64,000 nt of DNA, taken from NCBI GenBank assembly GCA_030141605.1, contig JAQGDQ010000054.1:682001-746000 (forward strand). The letters run 5' to 3'. Below the pieces are notes generated by a model that saw nothing but the letters and a program-made list of their open reading frames with translations, did no database searches and was not told where the DNA came from. Shown here one piece after another: positions 60,536-64,000 of this stretch. Both the position numbers and the translations under genes were made by a program. Origin of the DNA: Tubiluchus corallicola. Its lineage: Eukaryota; Animalia; Priapulida. Each line of letters opens with the position of its first letter. Within the stretch, counting starts at the first letter, position 1.

Positions 60536-63034
60536 GATGTTGACAATAATGAGGACAAGACTGTGAAGAAGAAACAACGGGAGCGCTGCGCCAGCAGCCT
60601 GACACACGTCACGCAAGTAAGTCACCTACTGCATTTTGCTCATCTTAATAGCTGACACACAATTTTTGCCATAGTAGAAGTTTTAATTAGTGGTAGTTCT
60701 CAATTGTTAGAAAAAAATTTAATGGCTTAAGTAGCATTTAAAAATTCGTTTACTGACAAAAGGGCCTTGAAAATCAGTGAATTTTTTTAACGTCACATGG
60801 TTGCAAAGGGATACGTATAGCCGGCATAACGACATTTTCATTTTTTTTGTAGTAATGTGCCTCGACACACACGAACACATCATTCTGAAGCATTTAAGTT
60901 AAGAAGTGAAGTTAATCTACTTATAATAAACCATAGCAGAAATGACACAGGCTTGAAAAATTCTCTTTCTTCTTGTTTTTGTTGCTTACTTGAACTTGGA
61001 ATCAGCGTCTGTACATCAATTCTTACGAGTTTGATTTTTTCTGATTTAGTGTGCCTTATCATTAGGATTAACAGCCAAAAAGCTTCTGCAATTTCTGTGT
61101 TTTTGAATTTAGCTTTGTCGAATGCAATAGATAATAACAAGGTCTCACAAGGGCTATTCTGCAATAATAATTAATTTAGCATACCGAATTTTTTTACTAT
61201 CTAAAGACAGTTCTTATTTTTCAAATTCAAGCAGATTATTTAAGGCTAGTTCAGTAACTTTTTTATTTTAAGAGAAATATTACATTTTTCAATGTTTGCA
61301 AAGGTTTATGAAAATTTTTATTTTCTAAATTTTAATAATTGATAATATTCTAGTAAAATACACCGTAAAAATAAAAAGTAACTTGAGTTTTGGCAGAAGT
61401 TTTAAATTTCGAGTTGGCGAAATGGTCTACATTACTATGTAATGGGACATGTGCTTAGTCATTTAGCAACACTAATTAGCTTGTTTGTTATGGACAACAA
61501 AGCGCAGAGGTATATTTATTTTATAGATTAATTGCAGCGAATTGCTGGTTTGGGTAATGTTAGGACGAGTAATTGAAAGTACTGTTACTACATACTAGTG
61601 ATTTACAGTTTCACATAACCCCTATAGATAAAGGAAAACACTCAAAGGAAACCGATTTTTTTGTAGCATCGTACTTCTGCTGTGTAAAACATACATGTAA
61701 TGTGATTTAAGAAAGCCATTTTAAATTTACCGAAGTGCGCTATAGTAAAGTAATAAGTAAGTAAACAAATGATTAAGTAAACAAGTAAGAAAGCAAGTAA
61801 GTAAAGTAAGTGAGTTAGTACGTAATTAAGTAAGTATATTCACAGAAATTATAAAAGTTCATTTAAACACCACAGTTTTTCGTACAAACTAAATTCAACA
61901 GACGGTGTTACAAAGAGCAATCTTGAAATACACTTGCACATCAGAAATCATTATTGTAATATTAAATAGGCACTAATTTTCTCGAAGAAGGTAAACCGGG
62001 TTTAAATAATAACAGTTTCTACATATAAGCACCTCCAAGCAAGTAATTTCCAAGGTAGCTGTGATTCGCTAAAATGAACAGTTAATTGAATAACTTATGA
62101 ATTCGCTTGTTGTAGCTGACCTTAAACTCGTTGAATACGTGCGCGTGATATCGTCTCCAAAGAGGAGAGCCATAGATCATAACATTTTAAAAAGCATGTT
62201 AACGAAAGCCTTCGAAAGATTATGCTTATGGCACTAGTTTTCGTGTTTTAGCGAGTATTTTTTATAATGTTCCCTGCCATGGCACTGTAATTATCAGTGG
62301 CTCAGAAAGTCTCAAGTCATCTTCCCCCTGGGATCCATTGTTTTCTTAACTCCCCGCCCGCAGTCTTTTCCAGTTTACTACCTAGCCAAAGTTATTCCCT
62401 GGGAGCCAAGTGAGAAGCACTTCGTTAGGGTGGTCTGTAGCTAAGTGCAGCACAAAGCCCGTTTGCCCCAAGATTGGTGTCACTGAGTATATATCCTGGC
62501 ATTTTTGTTTGCTTTAATCTAAACCGCTATCTGGGGTTTCTACTTTTCTTTTTTTTGAAAATACCCGTAACAAATGCAATAAAACAAATTGATTCCCGTT
62601 TTCACTGTAAAAATGTTAGATCGAAATGGTCTGGTTCAACGCGATTATCTAATTGGAATTGTTGGTAGTTAAACTGTGGTTATACATTATCGCCTATTTG
62701 GCATTTATTGATGTGGCTGCGCATTTTGTTGATTTATTATGCCACCATTATAACATATAAACGATTTTAAAGTCATTATAGAAAAATAGTCACTATAGTA
62801 GTTAACTGCCATAGATAATTGATAGAAAAAAGGTTATAACTAAACATGAGTGTTTATCGGTAGCACCATTTTTGGTTTAATTTCGCCACCAAAATTTGAT
62901 AATCATTGCGAAAACCTCGCAGTTGATCGAATCAAATACATCAGTAAATCAAGTACAAAATTAAGAAATATCTTAATCACAATTATTATTACATTAATTC
63001 ATATTTCAGATAGAAGCAAGTGCGAGGAGAGAAA

Positions 63035-63064
63035 ATGAAGACTCTGCCAGTGCTTTTGCTGTTG
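63035..63064 (+). CDS. Candidate first coding exon of a secreted/membrane protein (MKTLPVLLLL...), gene running off the window
   Basis: Exon 63010-63064 is bounded by atatttcag| and |gtaagt; AAAATG start context and signal-peptide-like sequence; a possible upstream non-coding exon ends at the donor gtaagt at 60617. Confidence 0.45.
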
Positions 63065-64000
63065 GTAAGTTAACTAATTTCATTTTGTTTGATTTTTGCC
63101 TTATTGTGATAGCCTAAGTTAACGCATTAATGAACATGTTAACGAACCAAGCACATATTTTTTCGTGAGAGCCAGAGCTTTTTTAACCTCAGACTCGCAC
63201 TTTAAGTGTTCAGGATTCTCATTTTGAAAAACCATCAGTACCGTACCATTGCTCATTTTTTCATCAATTTTTAAACGAGTAATCACGGCAATTCCCAAAA
63301 CCAATAAAAGGTACAATTTTACTGACAAGTCACACATGGTAATTGTTCAACTAATCATCGTATATAAACGGTAATTAGAGTTCTGCGCATAAATTGCGCA
63401 TCTATTATAAAATCAGCGGCATGCATACTAGTTTTCCACGTAAAAGATGTGCAACTTAAATGCGATGATAGCAATCCTTATAACAAACTCAAAAGTTAAA
63501 TATTTCAAAAGTATTATTAGCTATGATAAAGCAGACTATAGCTTAGACATATAAAGTATATAAAGTAGACATATAGCGTCTACAAACTGCTTTATTGCCA
63601 CCTCATATCAATTTACAGTTTTTTAAATACGTAAAATGTACTTCAAGGTCACCTGGTTTATCGCGAATGGTTCGGCTTGCCCAACATATTGAATTCTGAA
63701 GACCAAGAAGAACGCATAAATAAAAAATGCTGTTTAAAGATGCTGCAATTATAGGGTTATTTTCAGCTGGCATAAACATGATTGATCTGTGGTTAATAGA
63801 CTCTATAGTTAGCCTGAAAGAGTGGCAAAATAAGCAAAATCTTCGTAAGCCGCAACTGGCTGGAGGTTGTGTACGATCGTGTACGATGACTTGGCTTCTT
63901 TTCTCCCCTTGTTAGCTTACCCACATGGTGAGGTATTACAAATTACTCTCGGTTATCTTTGAGTATGATAATTTTCATGAATATAAATAGAAATTTTCAT

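Noticed and set aside
60857-61174. Overlapping ~100-aa ORFs on both strands
   Set aside because: No recognisable domain or splice signals; possibly a decayed retroelement.
63119-63337. 72-aa minus-strand ORF with a hydrophobic N-terminus
   Set aside because: No homology recognised and no supporting splice or promoter signals; lies in the intron of the candidate plus-strand gene.

Overview
AT-rich, intron-containing animal (invertebrate metazoan) genomic DNA, not prokaryotic; most of the supplied ORF track is noise. Four genes can be spliced by hand with canonical GT-AG introns: (1) DENND1/connecdenn/RME-4 Rab35-GEF, + strand, 22 coding exons, 4678-22389, ~907 aa; (2) an M6PR/ATG27-family type-I membrane sorting receptor, + strand, 3 coding exons, 26870-29504, ~255 aa; (3) DGCR8/Pasha, - strand, whole CDS in one exon, 34209-32017, 730 aa; (4) synaptotagmin-alpha-like, - strand, 10 coding exons, 54678-42414, ~469 aa. 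A fifth, probably secreted-protein gene may begin near the right end. Introns and intergenic DNA carry many MITEs and transposon relics (pogo/Tigger, hAT, Kolobok-like, Helentron-associated, LINE 3' ends, SINE fragments), several of them nested, plus long microsatellites. Most interesting signal: the DGCR8 transcript appears to carry two pri-miRNA-like hairpins, one in a small non-coding 5' exon (36735-36848) and one in the N-terminal CDS (34033-34118). They resemble, in position and apparently in sequence, the vertebrate DGCR8 autoregulatory hairpins (mir-3618 and mir-1306), suggesting a deeply conserved Microprocessor feedback module. All folds and homologies were judged by eye or from memory, not computed.
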